Below are positions 63,101 through 63,713 of a DNA stretch of 63,713 bases, piece by piece. Source of the stretch: Octopus bimaculoides (lineage: Eukaryota); NCBI RefSeq assembly GCF_001194135.2, contig NC_068983.1, positions 80,359,630 to 80,423,342 of the forward strand. Direction: 5' to 3'. The position numbers were made by a program, and so were the translations under genes. Every line of letters begins with the position of its first letter. Positions within the stretch are counted from its first letter, which is position 1. The notes beneath the pieces are model-generated. The model was not told the DNA's origin. It saw only the letters and a program-made list of their open reading frames with translations, and ran no database searches.

Positions 63101-63637
63101 GTAATTTTCACATGTACAAATTCAAACACTGACCCTTTAAAAAGAAACAAATTTCTAGAAATTCCAACTAATGTAGCAGGATGCTTTACATAATGGTTCC
63201 TATTTTTGAGATGATATAAAAATCAAGCATGCAAGTTGCAAATCACTCAAAATGCATGAGGTTGATATTACTACTGATATTGAGGAAAAATCAGTTCACA
63301 TTCCTACTACAATGTTTAAAAAGTGTAAAAATCAATTCTGCACACTCGAGCAAATATACTAAAGAAATATATGTAGAAAGGTACAAAAAATTTGCCTTAT
63401 TTCTGAAGAAATTCTGTTAATGTATTATACTGTTAGGTGTGAATTGATCTAATTTATAAAGTAGTTTGTCAAAATAACTTTTTGGAAATGTTGACATGGT
63501 ATGCATTTGCATTTACTGACAATGAAATTTAAATTACTTACTAGAGTGATAATGAGAGTTTTCTCAATAAGAAGTTTTAATGTTACAATGCAGTTAAAAT
63601 TGACTTGGAGTTTGAATTACTGGAAGGTTAATAGGTT

Positions 63638-63713
63638 CCCACCCCCTCCACCGGAAGTTCATTCCTCTGTCATCCCACCCCCTCCACCGGAAGTTCATTC
63701 CTCTGTCATCCCA
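63638..63713. repeat. 36-bp perfect tandem repeat, 2+ units, runs off the window
   Basis: cccaccccctccaccggaagttcattcctctgtcat at 63638 and 63674; a third copy starts at 63710. Confidence 0.95.

Overview
AT-rich eukaryotic draft assembly with 11 N-gaps, dense in microsatellites and retroposons. The tRNA-derived SINE families, RTE (GAT)n tails and overall repeat landscape resemble a cephalopod (octopus-like) genome; this is pattern recognition, not a database result. One host gene is supported: a + strand CNTD1/COSA-1-like cyclin-fold meiotic crossover gene. Six coding exons (12880-31850) have GT-AG sites and join in phase into 280 codons. A probable 5'UTR exon ends at 990. The terminal coding exon could not be identified. 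Most ORFs in the supplied track are microsatellite or N-gap artefacts. Mobile elements: a Penelope-like element (GIY-YIG endonuclease) with hammerhead-like motifs, a CRE-type restriction-like-endonuclease fragment, several RTE LINE pieces (one with a PHD-like insert), two DD37D (maT) relics, one mariner relic, a decayed Ty3/gypsy gag-protease, hAT and piggyBac MITEs, and three tRNA-SINE families. No rRNA, true tRNA gene or CRISPR array was seen, and no clearly new multi-gene system is supported. The best leads are the hammerhead-like motifs, the uORFs in the CNTD1 leader and the unresolved CNTD1 3' end.
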